Below are positions 39,473 through 51,732 of a stretch of DNA of 64,000 bases, in pieces. Each line of letters starts with the position of its first letter. Within the stretch, counting starts at the first letter, position 1. A program made the translations under genes and the position numbers. The DNA comes from Scenedesmus sp. PABB004. Lineage: Eukaryota. The stretch is from positions 806,001-870,000 of the forward strand of contig JABVCE010000005.1 of the NCBI GenBank assembly GCA_014905635.1. The letters run 5' to 3'. A model generated the notes under the pieces. The model had not been told where the DNA came from, did not search any database, and saw only the letters and a list, made by a program, of their open reading frames with translations.

Positions 39473-41406
39473 TCACACCGCCGGCTCGCGGCTGGCGGTG
39501 GAGGAGTCAGAGACGGGCGGGCTGGCGGGCGGCGCCGCGTCCGCGCCGGCGGCGGCGTTGGAGGGCTCCGCGGCCTCGCCGCCCGCGTCGCCGCCGTCCG
39601 CCGCCTCCGCCAGCGGGGCCGCCGGCGCGGCGGCGGGCTGCTGCGGCGCGGCCGGCCCGCCGGCGCCGGCCGCCGCCGCGGCGGGGTGAGCCGCGGCGGC
39701 GGCCGCGGCGGCCGCCGCGGTCGCGGGCAGCTGCTGCGCCAGCATCTGGGCGAGCCGCTGCTGCTGCTCGCCGTCGCCGCCGCCCTCCATCGACTTGCGC
39801 TTGCTGCCGGCGAGCTTGCTGGGCCCCGCGCCGGCGCCGCCCGCGCCCGCGCCGCCCGCGCCCGGCGCGCGCGGCAGGTGCCACGCGCTCTGCGCCTCGG
39901 GCGCGAGCAGCCGCGCGCCGGGCGCGGGGTGCAGCACGTCAAACGCGCCGTGCGCCCAGCTCGTGAGCGCGAGCTTGACGTCGTGGTGGGGCGAGAAGTC
40001 CTGCTCGAAGCGGACCTCGATCGGCCCCTTGTACGGCTTGGGCACGGTGCGCGTGTTGTGCCAGTAGAGCTCCTGGCCGTCGGGCGGGTTCTGCACCAGG
40101 ATCTCCAGCCGCCCCCGCCGCGCGAGCAGCTCCACGACGGAGCCCTTCATGATGGCCGTCTTGAACGGCAGCATGCTGCCGACGGTGATGGAGGAGCAGA
40201 AGCCGGTCGGGCGCTCCGCGTCGACGAGCGGGCCGCCGAGGCGGTCAAACTTCTTCTCCTCCTGCTGGCACTTGTGCAGGGCCTTGTCGTCGTTCTGGGG
40301 GCGCGGGCGCGCGGGGAGCGCGGGGCGCGCGGGCGGGGGCAGGCGGGGGAGCGTGGGGCGCGCGCGCGGGCGGGCGCGGGCCGCGCCCGCCGCCCGGCGC
40401 TGCCGGCCGCTGCGCGCGCCGCGCGCCGCTGCCGCTGCCGGGCGGCCGCCCGCCGGCCCAGCAGCGCGCGCGCTGCAGCGTCACGCACCACCATGGTCAG
40501 CGGCACGACGCCAAACTCGACCGCGGTGTTGCCGCGCACGACGAGGCGCCAGCGCAGCACGGGCTGGTCGGCGGTCGAGAGGTCTGACACGAGCAGCTTG
40601 GGGCCCATGCCGTCCAGCTTGATGTTGAGGAACGACCCGCCCGCCCCCGGCGGCAGGAAGCGGTACTGCGGCGACGCGCCCGCGCCCGCGGGCGGCGGCG
40701 GCGGCGGCGACGCGCCGGGCGCCGGCGCCGATGGCGACCAGGCAAACTTGTCAAACCCGACGCCGCAGTCCTCGATGAACAGCCGCGAGAGCCAGCTGCG
40801 CCGCCTGTGAGGCGCGGGAGGCGGGTGGGCCCGGGGCGGGGATGGGAGTGAGACCAACCAGCCGGGGGCCTGCTGCTGCCTCTGCACCCATGCAGGGCCC
40901 CGCCCCCGCCGCCGCTGGGCCGCCCGGGCGCCCCGCCGCCGCGGCCCCGGGCTCATCGCCTTGGGTGCCGGGCCCGGGCGCCGGCGCGGCGACGCGGGGG
41001 CGGCCGCGCGCGGCGCACGGCCGTGCCGGGGGCTGCTGCTGCGCCCGCTCCCCCAACTGCGCCCCCCCCCCGGCGCCCGGGTGGGGTGCGTGCGGGCCCC
41101 TGCGCACCTCCAGCGGCCGGCCTGGTCGCCCGCGGCGCTGCGCGCGGCGCCCTTGGCAATCTTCTCAATCTTGGCCCTGCTGAACGCCCGCGCGCACTGG
41201 CGCACCGCCAGCAGGCTCACGGCGTCCAGGCGCGACAGCACGGCGTCCAGCACCTCCCCCGGCAGCGCCAGCAGCCGGCACGCGGCCGGCACGGGCGGCG
41301 GGAGCGCGGGGCAGGGCGTCGTCGCCTCGCCCGCCAGCGCGACGGCGTTGTTGTTGACGCGCCGCTTGCCGGACCCCCCGCCCAGGACGGCGCCGTCCAG
41401 CTCCAT
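39473..41406 (-). CDS. F-box protein with beta-rich (SPRY-like?) C-terminal domain, 3 exons
   Basis: LLALPGEVLDAVLSRLDAVSLLAVRQCARAF is an F-box. The downstream RWRLVVRGNTAVEFGVVP is reminiscent of SPRY folds (uncertain). Confidence 0.72.
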
Positions 41407-42365
41407 CCTCGCCCCCTTGCTGCCGTGCGCTCGCCGGCTGCTGCACGGCACGTCGCGCGCCTGCCAGGGCTGTGGGGACGACGGGAGGCGCGCGGCGCGG
41501 ACGGCGAAGCAGTGGTGGCCCAGCTGGGCGCGGCGGCCAGGTGCGGCGCGCGCGGTGCGGCGGGGCGAGGTGCAGCAGGCAGCAAAGCCCTCGCCCGGCG
41601 GCTCGCCGAGCCGCGACGGCCTGTGGGGCCCCGCCCCAGTCGGCCGGAGCACATTACCAGCGCGCACAGGGCGCCGGCGCACATGCATGCCACCACGCGC
41701 CGCGCCGCCGGAGGACCGCGTGCGCGGTGCGCGGCAGCCGAGACGCCGCCCCGCCGCCGCGCACGCCCACGCCCGCGGCGACCCAAGGAAAGAATGCAAC
41801 GCCCCGCCGCTGCGTCCGCACAGCCCGCGCAGGCCTCCCGTCCGGCCCCCGTGCGCCCTGGGCGGCCGCACGCTGCCACCACGCGCCGCCGGCAGCCGCT
41901 GGCACAGGGCTGCTGCCGAGCGCCGGGGGCCAGCGCTGGCCGCGCACGTCGCCCCCGTCGCCTGCGTCGTGCAGAGCGCGGCGCCCCCTGCCGCCGCCGC
42001 TGCCGTCGCCGCCCGCCGCCCACGACACGGCCCGCGCGCCGCTCGCTGCCATTATTGCCGTCGGTGCCGCTGCGCGGTGGCTGCCGTCCTGCAGCTGCAG
42101 GACGGCGATGCACCGCCAGCGGCGCCGCGCGCGCCGCCAGCGGCTCCCGCTGCGCGCCCGGCGTGCGCGGCCGCCGCTGCCGCCGCAGCGGCGCCGGCGC
42201 CGGCGCCGCTGCTGCCGCTCCCGCCGCAGGCAAAGCCCGCCTGTGTGCGCGGCGAGAGACAGGCGCGCCACGTCGTTGGGGGGCGCCGCTGCCGCTGCCG
42301 CGGCGGCCCCCCTCTCACCGGCGGCGGCGCTGCGGCGCGGCGGCCATCGCTCGCTCGTCGGGGCG

Positions 42366-42617
42366 CTAGAACTGCGGCGCCTCGCCCGCTTTGTGGGCGG
42401 CGCGCTGGAGGATGAACTGCGTCGTGTCCACGAAGCGCTTGGCGCAGTTCTCTATGCAGCTCGTCTCGCGGCTGGAGAGGTAGGAGCCCGGCGATGAGAC
42501 GCACTTCTCAAAGCACACCTCCGTGAGCGTCGCGATCATCTGCTGCACCTGCGCCAGCTGCTGCTCGCGCTCTATGAAGGCCTGCAGCTCCTTGGACGGC
42601 GCCTTCTCCGCGGCCAT
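42366..42617 (-). CDS. TIM8: Mitochondrial small Tim chaperone Tim8, intronless, 83 aa
   Basis: Twin CX3C motif (CFEKC ... CIENC), ELQAFIEREQQ, KRFVDTTQFI. Confidence 0.92.
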   Translation of the reverse strand: MAAEKAPSKELQAFIEREQQLAQVQQMIATLTEVCFEKCVSSPGSYLSSRETSCIENCAKRFVDTTQFILQRAAHKAGEAPQF

Positions 42618-42843
42618 GGCGGCAGCGGCGCGCTCCGCTGCTGCTGCTGCTGCTGCCGGCGGCGGCCGTGCGGCGTGCGCTCGCTGGGGCGCGTGTGCGG
42701 AGGTGGATCGCTGCAGGGCGTGCGAGAGACTGGCCGGGCGGCGCCGCCGCCGCCAGCCCAACGGCGGCGCGCGTCACGGCCCAGGGCTTTGCACGCTGCG
42801 CCCGCCCGCATCCTGCGCCCGCACCCCGCGTGCCCGCTCGCGC

Positions 42844-45800
42844 TCAGTCGTCGTCCTCCAGCTCCAGCTCGTCCACGTCGTCGATGGGGCCGGCCTCGTA
42901 TGGCGCCGCCGCCGCCGCCGGTGGCGCGTCGGGGGCGCCGTCGCTGCCGCCGGCGTCGCCGCAGCCGGTGGCGTCGCCGCCGGTGGCCGCGCCGGCGGTG
43001 GCGTCGCCGGCGGCGGCCTCGCGGCAGATGGCCGTCACCGCGCCGCCGCCGACCGCCGCCGCGAGCGCCCCCGGCAGCGCGGCGGCGGCGGGCTCGAGCG
43101 GCAGCCACGCGACGCCTCGGCCCGCGGCGCAGCCGTCGAGCAGCGCGCGCGTGGAGCACTCCCAGCCGCCGCCGCCGGCGTCGCCGCCGCCGCCGCCGTC
43201 CCTGGCGTCGCGGCCGAGGTCGAGGCCGAAGAGCTGCCGCAGCTCCGCGCCCGACAGTCCCGCCGCGCTCGCGCCGCTCTGCACCGCGCCGGCCAGGTCG
43301 ATCTTGCTGAGCTGGCGCTGGTAGACCTTCTCCTCGAGCGTGCCCGTCGTGAGCAGGCGGTGCACAAAGCAGGGGCGCGCCTGGCCGTCGCGCCAGATGC
43401 GCGCCATCGCCTGCCGGTCGACCGCGGGGTTCCAGTCGCTGTCGTAGACCACCTGCGCGCCGCGCCGCGGCGGGACGCGGCGGCCGGGTCGCAGCGCGCG
43501 CGCGGCGGCTGGGCCGCAGCGCGCGCGCGCGCGCGCGCGGCGGCAGCCAGGCGTGCGAGCGGCCTGCGCCGCCAGCGCCCCCGCGCCAGCGCCAGCGCCC
43601 GCGCGCGTCCGCGCCCAGCGCCCCCGCCCCGCGCACGAGGTGGTTGGCGCCGATGAGGTTCAGCCCCGCCCCGCCCGCGCGCGTGGAGAGCAGGAAGACC
43701 TGGCGGCACGCGGCGGCGGCCCGGGCGCGCCCGCGGCTGTGAGCCGAGGCGGGCGCCGCGCCAGCTGCAGCCGGCGGCTGGCGCCAGGCGGGGGCCGGCG
43801 CGGGGCTGGTTGTGCGCGGCGCGCTGACCCCGCACCTGGCCCACGCCGCGCGCGTTGAAGTTGTCAACGATCACCTGCCGCTCGTCCACGCTCGTGCCGC
43901 CGTCGATGCGCACGCTGCGCCAGCTGCGCGGCGCGGCGCCGGCGGGGCGGGGCGGGTGGGCGTCGGCGCGCCGCGGCCTGCCACCGCGCGGCGCCGGCCC
44001 GTGGCTGGCCGCCGCGGCCGCCGCGCCGCCGGTCGGCGCGGCGGTCACCCGCGCGGCGCGCAGAGCAGCGCGTCGATGAGGTCCAGCGCTGAGGTGCTGG
44101 TGGACACGACGACCGCGCGGAAGCCCTCCGCGATGACAGCGCCCAGCAGGGCAGCCAGCGTGAGGAGCTTGCCTGCGCGCGCGCGGCGGCCGCGCGGCTG
44201 CTCGTGGGCGGCTGCTCGCGAGCGACGCGCGACCGCCGCGCGGCGGCCGCGCGTCGCGTGCCCCACAAGCTCGCGGAGGGCGGCGGCGAGCGCGCGCCGC
44301 GCCACGCAGCTGGCGCAGGCGGCGCACCCGACAGCTCAAGCGCCTCGGGCGGCGGCGCGCCGGGCTTGGCGAGCTCGGCCTGCGTGAGCACTGCGCCCAG
44401 CTCGGCGAAGCGCATGCCGGCCTGGTCCCGCGCGTCGGGCGGCGGGCCGCCCTCGGCGGCGGGCGCCGCGCCGGCGGCGAGCAGCAGCTTGGGGTGGTTG
44501 CAGAGCTTGCGCAGCAGCGTGATGGCCTGCGCGGCGCGGGCGGGGCCGGTCGGCGCGCGGGCGCGCGTGCGCGAGGGCGGACGGCCGGGCGGCGCGGAGG
44601 CCGCGGCGCGCCCGCCCCCCGCGCCGCGCCCACCGGCAGCACGCCCTCCGCGTCGCCGCCGCCGCCGCCGTAGAGCAGCGCCATCATGCGCTTCGAGCGC
44701 AGCAGGCCGCGGTACACCTCCACCTGCGCCCGGGGCAGCGGCCGCCGGCGAGTTGGCGGCGCCCGGGCCGCCCCAGCTCGGCGCGCCGCTGCGGGGCCGC
44801 AGGGGCGCTCGCCGCCGCCCAGCGCGCGCGCGCGCCTGCAGGGCCGAGGGCTTGCAGAATATGGTGTGCACGGCGAGGGGCGGCAGGTGCTTGGACAGCA
44901 CCTCCTGCGTGCGCCGCAGCACAAACATGCTGGTCTTGCGCTGCAGCTCCCTGCCGGCGGCGGCGCGGCGGTGTCGGCGCCGGCGAGCCCTCCACGCCGC
45001 GCGCGGCGCGTGCGGCCCATGCGTGAGCGCGCGCGCGCCCCGTGCGCTCACTCGGCGCGCGCCTCGCCCAGCTCGCGCTCCTTGGCGGTCGCGGCGGCGT
45101 CGCGCGACTTGGTGATGGGGTCGCCCTGCGGCGCCGCGCGCCCGCGTGTGCTCAGCGCGTGTGCTCAGCGAGCGGCTGCGGCGCCCCGCGGCCGCGCCCG
45201 GCGGCCGCGCGTGCTCAGCGCGCGGCTGCGGCGGCCGCCGCTCGCGCGCCGGCGCAGGGCAGGGCAGGGGCACTCACGTAGACGCGCTTGAACTGCTGCG
45301 CGCTGCCCAGCACGTCGCCAGCGGCAAACGTGAGCAGCGCGTGCAGCTCCTGCAGGTTGTTCTGCAGCGGCGTGCCCGTCAGCACGACGCGGCGCGCGCA
45401 GCCGAGGACGAGCAGCGCGTTGATGGTCTTGTTGCCGCCCGCCGCCTTGAGCCGGTGCCCCTCGTCGCACACGAGCACGTCGCAGCAGCCCGCCAGCGTG
45501 TCGGTGTGCTTGCGCAGCGTCTCGTAGCTGCGGCGGCCGGCCGCGCGGCGGGGCTGGCGGGCCCGCCGGGGCGCAGGGGGCGGGCGCGCGCGCTGCGCCG
45601 CGCCGCGCTGCGCCGTGCGTGGGCGGCGCCGCCGGCGCGGCGCGCGCGCGCACCTGGCGATGAGCAGCTGCCAGACCCTGCCGAGCTTGAAGTCCTGCAC
45701 CTTGGCTGCGGCCTCGGGGCCCTGCGGCAGGCAGATGAAGCCGAGGCGCTCGCTGCCGAGCCACTTCTTCACCTCCTTGCCCCAGTTGGCCACGAGCGAG

Positions 45801-47765
45801 GCCGGCGCGACCACGACGGCCTTGCGCGCGACCGGCGCGCCCGCGGGGCCCTGCCGCGGGCGCGGCGGCGGCGTGCCCGCCGTGAGCGCGGGCCGCGCGG
45901 CGCGGCCGGCGCGCGTGGTGGCCGTGAGCGCCGGCGCCCGCGCGCTGCGCACCTGCTTGAGCAGCGTCCAGAGCAGTGCGATGACCTGCAGCGTCTGCGC
46001 CGCGCGGCGGAGGGGGGCCGGCGCGTCAGCTGCGTCCCGCGCGCGCGGGCGGCCGCCGCGCGGCGCCGCCGGCGGGCGCCCGGCCCCTGGCGCGCCCGTG
46101 CCCCCGCCCCCGCGACGCCTCGCCTTGCCGAGGCCCATCTCGTCCGCGAGGAGGCAGCCTGCGGCGTCCGAGGCGCGCCCCGCCGCGTCGCGGCGCAGGC
46201 CCATGAGGCACTCGTACATGAACGCCACGCCCTCGCGCTGGTGGGGGCGCAGCTGCCGCGACACATACGGGTCCACCACCTGCGGCCGCGGGTGTGCAGG
46301 GGCGGGTGTGAAGGGGCGGGTGTGCAGGGGCGGGTGAGAAGGGGCGGTCCAGCGGCGCTCGCAGGACGGCGCTCGCAGGACGGCGCGCGCGGCGCCGCGC
46401 TCACCACCGGCAGCGCCGCCCGCCCGCCCGGAAGCTTGCCGTGGCCGCCCGCCCACTCCACGGCGTTGAGCACGAGCGCGCCGGGCGCGGCGGGGTCGTG
46501 CTGCGGCCCGCCGCCGCCGCCGCCTGCGCCGCCGCCGGGCCCGCCAGGGCCGCCGCCGCCGCCCGGCCCGCCCGCGCGCGCCTGCCCTGGCCGGGCGCGC
46601 GCGCCGGTGGGCTTGAACGACGCCCCCACGAGCGCGAGCGACGAGGCGCCCGGCGCGCAGGGGTTGCCGGGGGCCAGGCGGTTGGCGTCGGTGAAGCACA
46701 CGCCGCGCCTGGCGCGCGCAGCGGCGGCGGCGGCGCCGGCGCCAGGGGGCGGCGGCGCGACGCGACGTCGGCGGCGGCGCGGCCCGCGCAGCGCGCCGGG
46801 GCCCCTGGCAGCGCAGCGAGCGCGGAGGGGGGGGGGCTGGTGGGTGCGTGTCTCACTTGTAGTCCTCGAGCTTGATGGTCTTGTCGAGCTCGCAGCAGAA
46901 GTTGCCCAGCTCCACGATCGAGCCCGGCTCCAGCGCGGCCGGCAGCTTGGGCTTGCCCTTGGTCACGACCTGGCGGCGCAGCAGCAGCGGCGCGGTGTCG
47001 GGGCGGCGCCCACGCGCGCGCGCCCGCGCGGAGCGGCGGCCGGCGCCCCCCCCCCGCCGCGCGCGGCCGTGGCCCCGCCCCGCGGCGTGCCAGCAGCGGC
47101 GGCGCCCTCGCCTTGCCGTCCATGTCAAACAGCGTGGCGCTCTTGTCGGCGCGCAGCTCCATCACGCCGTCCTGGAAGCCGCGGTCGCTGCGCTTCTGCG
47201 CGGCGGGACGGGAGGGCGGGCGGCCCAGTCGGCGCGGCGTGCTGCGGCGGCGGTCGGGCTTGCAGGACGGGCACGCCGGCCGCGCGCGCGCCTGGAACTT
47301 GGCGCGTTTGGTGTAGAGGACCGCCAGCACGCGCGCGTCGCCCTCGGCCGCGCCCGCGCCGCCCGCCGCGCCGGCCGCGCCGCCCGCGCTGCGCGCGCCG
47401 CCGGCGCCGGGCCGGGGCGCGGCCAGGGGCCGGCCGCCGCCGGCCGCGGGCGGCACGAACACCCGCGGCTTCTTCGCCGCCGGCAGCGCGAGCGACGGCG
47501 GCTCGTTCTCCTTGCCGTGGCCGAGCACAATCGCCGCGAGCGCGGCGCGCCGCGCTGCGTCCTGCTGCTGCTGCTCCTGCTGCTGCTCCTGCTGCTCTTG
47601 CTGCTGCTCCTGCTCATCTCCGGCGGGCTCTGGCGCTTTCTGGGGGGGCTGCGGCGGCTGCGGCTTCGGCGGCGCCGCGGCTGGCTGCGCCGTCGTCGCT
47701 GCGCCCGCCGCGCTGCTCGCCGGCTTATTGAAGGGAACCGAAAAGGTGGTGCGGCGCTTATACAT
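42844..47765 (-). CDS. RAD54B: RAD54/RAD54B-like SNF2 DNA translocase, ~17 exons
   Basis: LRPHQREGVAFMYEC, LADEMGLGKTLQ, CDEGHRLK, LTGTPLQNNL, LRKLCNHP, GGAGLNLIGAN, DSDWNPAVDRQAMARIWRDGQ. Confidence 0.9.
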
Positions 47766-48244
47766 GGCGCAGCGCTTATTGGCTGCGGGCGCCGCTCGCT
47801 GCTGTCGCGGGCAGCGGCGCCGGCGGCGCGGAGATGGCGCGGCGGCGCGCGCCCGCTGCAGGCCTCTGAGCTGCCTGCCAGCGGCGCGGCTGCGGGGAGC
47901 TGCTGCGAGGCGCCATGCGCGGGCGGAGCTGCTGCCGTCGGATTCACCACGTTTGAACACGCGTCCCGCACTCGTCACCTCGGTGAACCGCCGCGCCCGC
48001 TGAACTGCTCTTCTCTTCTCTTCGGCCCCACGCCCCGCCAAAATTGTCAGCGCCGCCGCCAGCGCCGCCCCGCGCGCGCCGCGCCGGCGGCGGCCGCCCA
48101 GCGGCCGCGCGGCGCGCCCGCGCGCCCGCGCGCCAGCAGCAGCAGCAGCTCTGCAGCCCCAGGCCCCGGCGGCCTCGCCCCCGCGCCCCGCCCCCCTCGA
48201 CGCCCCTCCCCGGCGCCCGCGCGCCGCCGCCGCGCGCCCCGCGC

Positions 48245-49611
48245 TCAGTCGCGGGCGGTGTAGCCATAGTACTGCAGCATCGGCACGACGCACGCGATGA
48301 GCAGCAGGCTGAGCACGACCGTCGACGTGACCGTCTTGCTCTTCTCCGTCTCCTCCTTGGTCTTGTACGTGCGCTGGCGCACCGCGTCGTTGCGCTTGGG
48401 CGCCTCTGCACGGCGCGGCGGGCGCGGCGGTCGGCGGCGCGCCCCGTGCGTCCGCCGCGCGCCGAGTGCGCTGCCGCGCGCGCCGCCTCGCGCGCCGCCG
48501 CGCACGCACCCGGCACGGGCTTGCCGTTGAGCTGCGCCTCTAGCCGCTCCACCGAGCTCAGCACGGTCTGGTTGTACTTCTCCTCCTCGGTGAAGATGGG
48601 GATGTTCTCGCCGGCAATGCTGTCGATGAGGTCGTCCGTCACCGCCTGCCGCGCCGCCGCGCGGCGAGCGGGGCGGGCGTCGGCGGCCGCGCGCGGCGGC
48701 GGGCGCGGGGCGAGCGCGGGGGCGTGCGCACCTTGACGAAGCCCTCGCCACCCGCGACGGCGCCCTCCTTGCCCGCGGTCACGACCAGCAGCACGCCCTT
48801 GTCCTTCTTGGCCGCGCCCGGGTACCACGTGTCGACAACCTGGCGGCGGCACGCGGTTGGCGTCGCGCGTGGCCAGCCGCTGCGCGCCGCCGCCGCCGGC
48901 GGAGCCGCTGCGCGCGGGCGCCGCCGGCGGAGCCGCTGCATGCGGGCGCCGCCGGCGCGGTCGCTGCGAGCGCGGCGCACCTTGTCGGCAAAGGCGAACG
49001 CGTCGGTCTCAAACTCCAGCTTGCGCACAGTCACGACCTCCACGCGATAGCCGGTCGTGGTCTGCAGCGCGGCACGACGCGGCGGCGGCGTGAGGGCAGC
49101 GGCCGCTGCGAAGGCCGCGCCGCCGCCGCTGCTGCCGCCGCCGCCGCTGCCGCCGCCGCTGCCGCTGCGCGCACGCGCACCTCGAGAATGCTGAGCCGCT
49201 TGTTGAGGTCGGAGCGCGTGGACTTGCTGAGCACGCTGGCGTCGTCGACGAAGTAGGCCTTGGTGGGCGTGGGCTCGGCGAGGACGTCGAACTCGGACGC
49301 CAGGGCGGGGGCGCCCAGGCCACCCAGCGTCAGCAGGGCCGCCGCACCCGCCGCGGCCGCGCGCTGCGCCAGCTCCGCGCCCGACGCCTGCGACGAGGCA
49401 GAGGCACGCAATGAGCGGCTGCGCGCGAGCGCGCGGGGCCCCAGCGCCGCGCGGGGCCCGGGCCGAGCGGATCGACGCGCCAGCCGCCCCCGCCCCGCAC
49501 CTGCTGCGCGCGCACGGCCACCGACCACCGGGAGCGCAGCGCGGGCACCGCCTGGCGGGCGGCGCGCCCCGCGGGCGCGGCAGCAGCGAATGGCCGCGAG
49601 TGCAGCTGCAT
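48245..49611 (-). CDS. TLP18.3: Thylakoid lumen TPM-domain protein TLP18.3 (Psb32-like), 6 exons
   Basis: Bipartite presequence ending ALA|SEFDVL, YFVDDASVLSK, VTVRKL, YKTKEET and C-terminal TM LLLIACVVPMLQYY. Confidence 0.9.
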
Positions 49612-50097
49612 GATTGCGACACCTGGAGCACGCGGCGGCGGGCTGACGGTGTCGGAGGGGCGCACGAGGGCGGTCGCGGCGGGCGCAATGAGCAGCGCGC
49701 GCCCGCGCGGCGCAGGTGATGGCGTGCGCCGCGAGGGTCCAGCGGCGTCAGCAGCGGCGCAGGCTTCCCGGAGCGACGGCGAGGCCCGATCAGCCACACC
49801 CGCGCGCCCGCCAGGCCGCCCGCTGCCCGCCCGCTGCGCCCAGCGTGTGCTGCTGCTGCTGCTCCCACCCCCTCTGCAAGCGCTGCCGCTCGCTCGCCCG
49901 GGACGCCTCGCGCAGGCCAGCTGAGCGCCGCCGTCCCGGTCCAGCGGCGCCGCGGCGGCCCCGCCCGGCAGCGCGCGGCCGCCGCCGTTTCGAGCGCGCC
50001 GCCGCGCGCTGTGCCGTGCCGCGCCGCCTCTGCCCGCCGGCGGCGCCCCGCAGCGGCCCCGGGGGCCGGCGCCCGGACCGTGGCGCGCGGGGGCGCC

Positions 50098-51290
50098 ATG
50101 CCGCGCCGCAGCGGCGCGCCGCCGGGCGACGGCGCCGCTGTGCCAGCGCTCGTGCGCTTCGCGCTCGTGCAGGCGCTCATGCACCGCGGCGCCATGCGCG
50201 AGAGCGCGGCGCTGGACGTTCTCGAGCAGCTCACGGGGCGCCGCAGCGGTGCGGCCGGCGCGCGGCGTGCTGGCCGCGGGGCGGGGGCAGCGCGCCGCGC
50301 CGCGCGGGCAGCAGCAGCAGCGCGCCGCTCGCGCCCGCCGCCCCGCCGCCGCATGCACGCACGCGCGCGCGCCGCACCCGCCCTCGCGCCGGCGGCGCAG
50401 TGTCGGAGCTGCACGGCGTCATCGCGGAGCAGAACGGCGCGATGGACGGCCTGAGCCTGCAGGTCCGCGTGCTGCGATACCCGGTCGACGGCCACACCTA
50501 CGTCGGCATCGCAAACACGGCGCGTGCCGCGCCCCGCCGCTCGGGACACAGGCCGGCAGCCCCCCGAGGTCCCCGGCCAGCGCGCGCGCGCGCGGCGGCC
50601 TCAGCGCGGCCGCGCTGAGAGGGGGCGCGCGCCGCGGCGCGGGCGCAGGTCGTGGACGAGCCCTCCAAGCTGGCCAGCCACTACTCGCCGGGGCAGCGCG
50701 AGTTCTTTAAGCACGCGGTGCGCGCCGTGCGCACGGCGCCCGCGCCACGGCGCCGCGCCCGCGCCTGCGCTGCGCGCGAGCCGCCGCGCGAGCCGGCCGC
50801 GCCGCCCGCGCCGCGCCTCTCCGCGCCGCGCAGCTGGCCGCCATCGCGGCGGACGCGGGCGCCGACGCGGGCGTGGGCGCCGCGTCGAGCGCGGCGCTGC
50901 TCAACCTCGACCTCTCGCGCCCGCACGGCGACGCCGGCGCCGACGGCGGCGACGACGCGGGCAGCAGCGCTGCGGCGGCGGCGGCCGCTGCCGCCGCGTC
51001 GACCGCGGCGGCGCGCAAGCTCACAAAGACCGAGAAGGAAGCCGTGCTGCGGCAGCTCGCGGACGACGGCTGGCTGGCAGTCTGCCCGTCGCGGCCGGGG
51101 CACTACTGCATCGGGGTGCGCGGCGGCGGCGCGACCGCGGTAAGGGCCGCCGCCCGCGGCGCGCCGCCGCCGCCGACTGCGCGCGCGCTGCCACGCGGCG
51201 CAGGTGCGCAGCTTCATGGAGCTGGGTGAGCTGCTGCTGTCCTTTGAGCTGCCGGAGACCACGCGCGAGGCGTGGGCTGAGTTCCTGTGA
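50098..51290 (+). CDS. NSE1: SMC5/6 non-SMC element 1 (winged-helix part, no RING), 5 exons
   Basis: LVQALMHRGAMRE, YVGIANTVVDEPSKLASHYS...FFK, LTKTEKEAVLRQLADDGWL, YCIGVRSFMEL. Confidence 0.82.
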
Positions 51291-51334
51291 GCCCCCGCCG
51301 GGGCGGGCGGCCAGCGGCAGCGCCGGCAGCGGCA

Positions 51335-51591
51335 GTCGGGCTTGCAGGACGGCCGCGCGCGCGCCTGGAACTTGGCGCGCTTGGTGTTGGTGTAGAGGAC
51401 CGCCAGCACGCGCGCGTCGCCCTCGGCCGCGCCCGCACCGCCCGCCGCGCCGGGCGCGCCGCCCGCGCTGCGCGCGCCGCCGGCGCCAGGCCGGGGCGCG
51501 GCCAGGGGCCGGCCGCCGCCGGCCGCGGGCGGCACGAACACCCGCGGCTTCTTCGCCGCCGGCAGCGCGAGCGACGGCGGCTCGTTCTCCT
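51335..51591 (-). pseudogene. 257-bp duplicated fragment of RAD54B exon 1 plus intron donor (direct repeat of 47253-47512)
   Basis: Near-identical to 47253-47512, with 4 substitutions, a 6-nt insertion and a 9-nt deletion by manual alignment. Confidence 0.92.
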
Positions 51592-51732
51592 CGCGGCGCG
51601 GCGCGTTCGCGAGCCGCCTGCTCGACTGCCCGGATCTGGGCGTGCGTCGCCAGTGGCGCCCAGGCGCCGCCCCAGGCCCCCACCAGCCCCATCCCAAGGA
51701 TCCGCAGCCCGCCGCACCGCCAGAACGCCACC

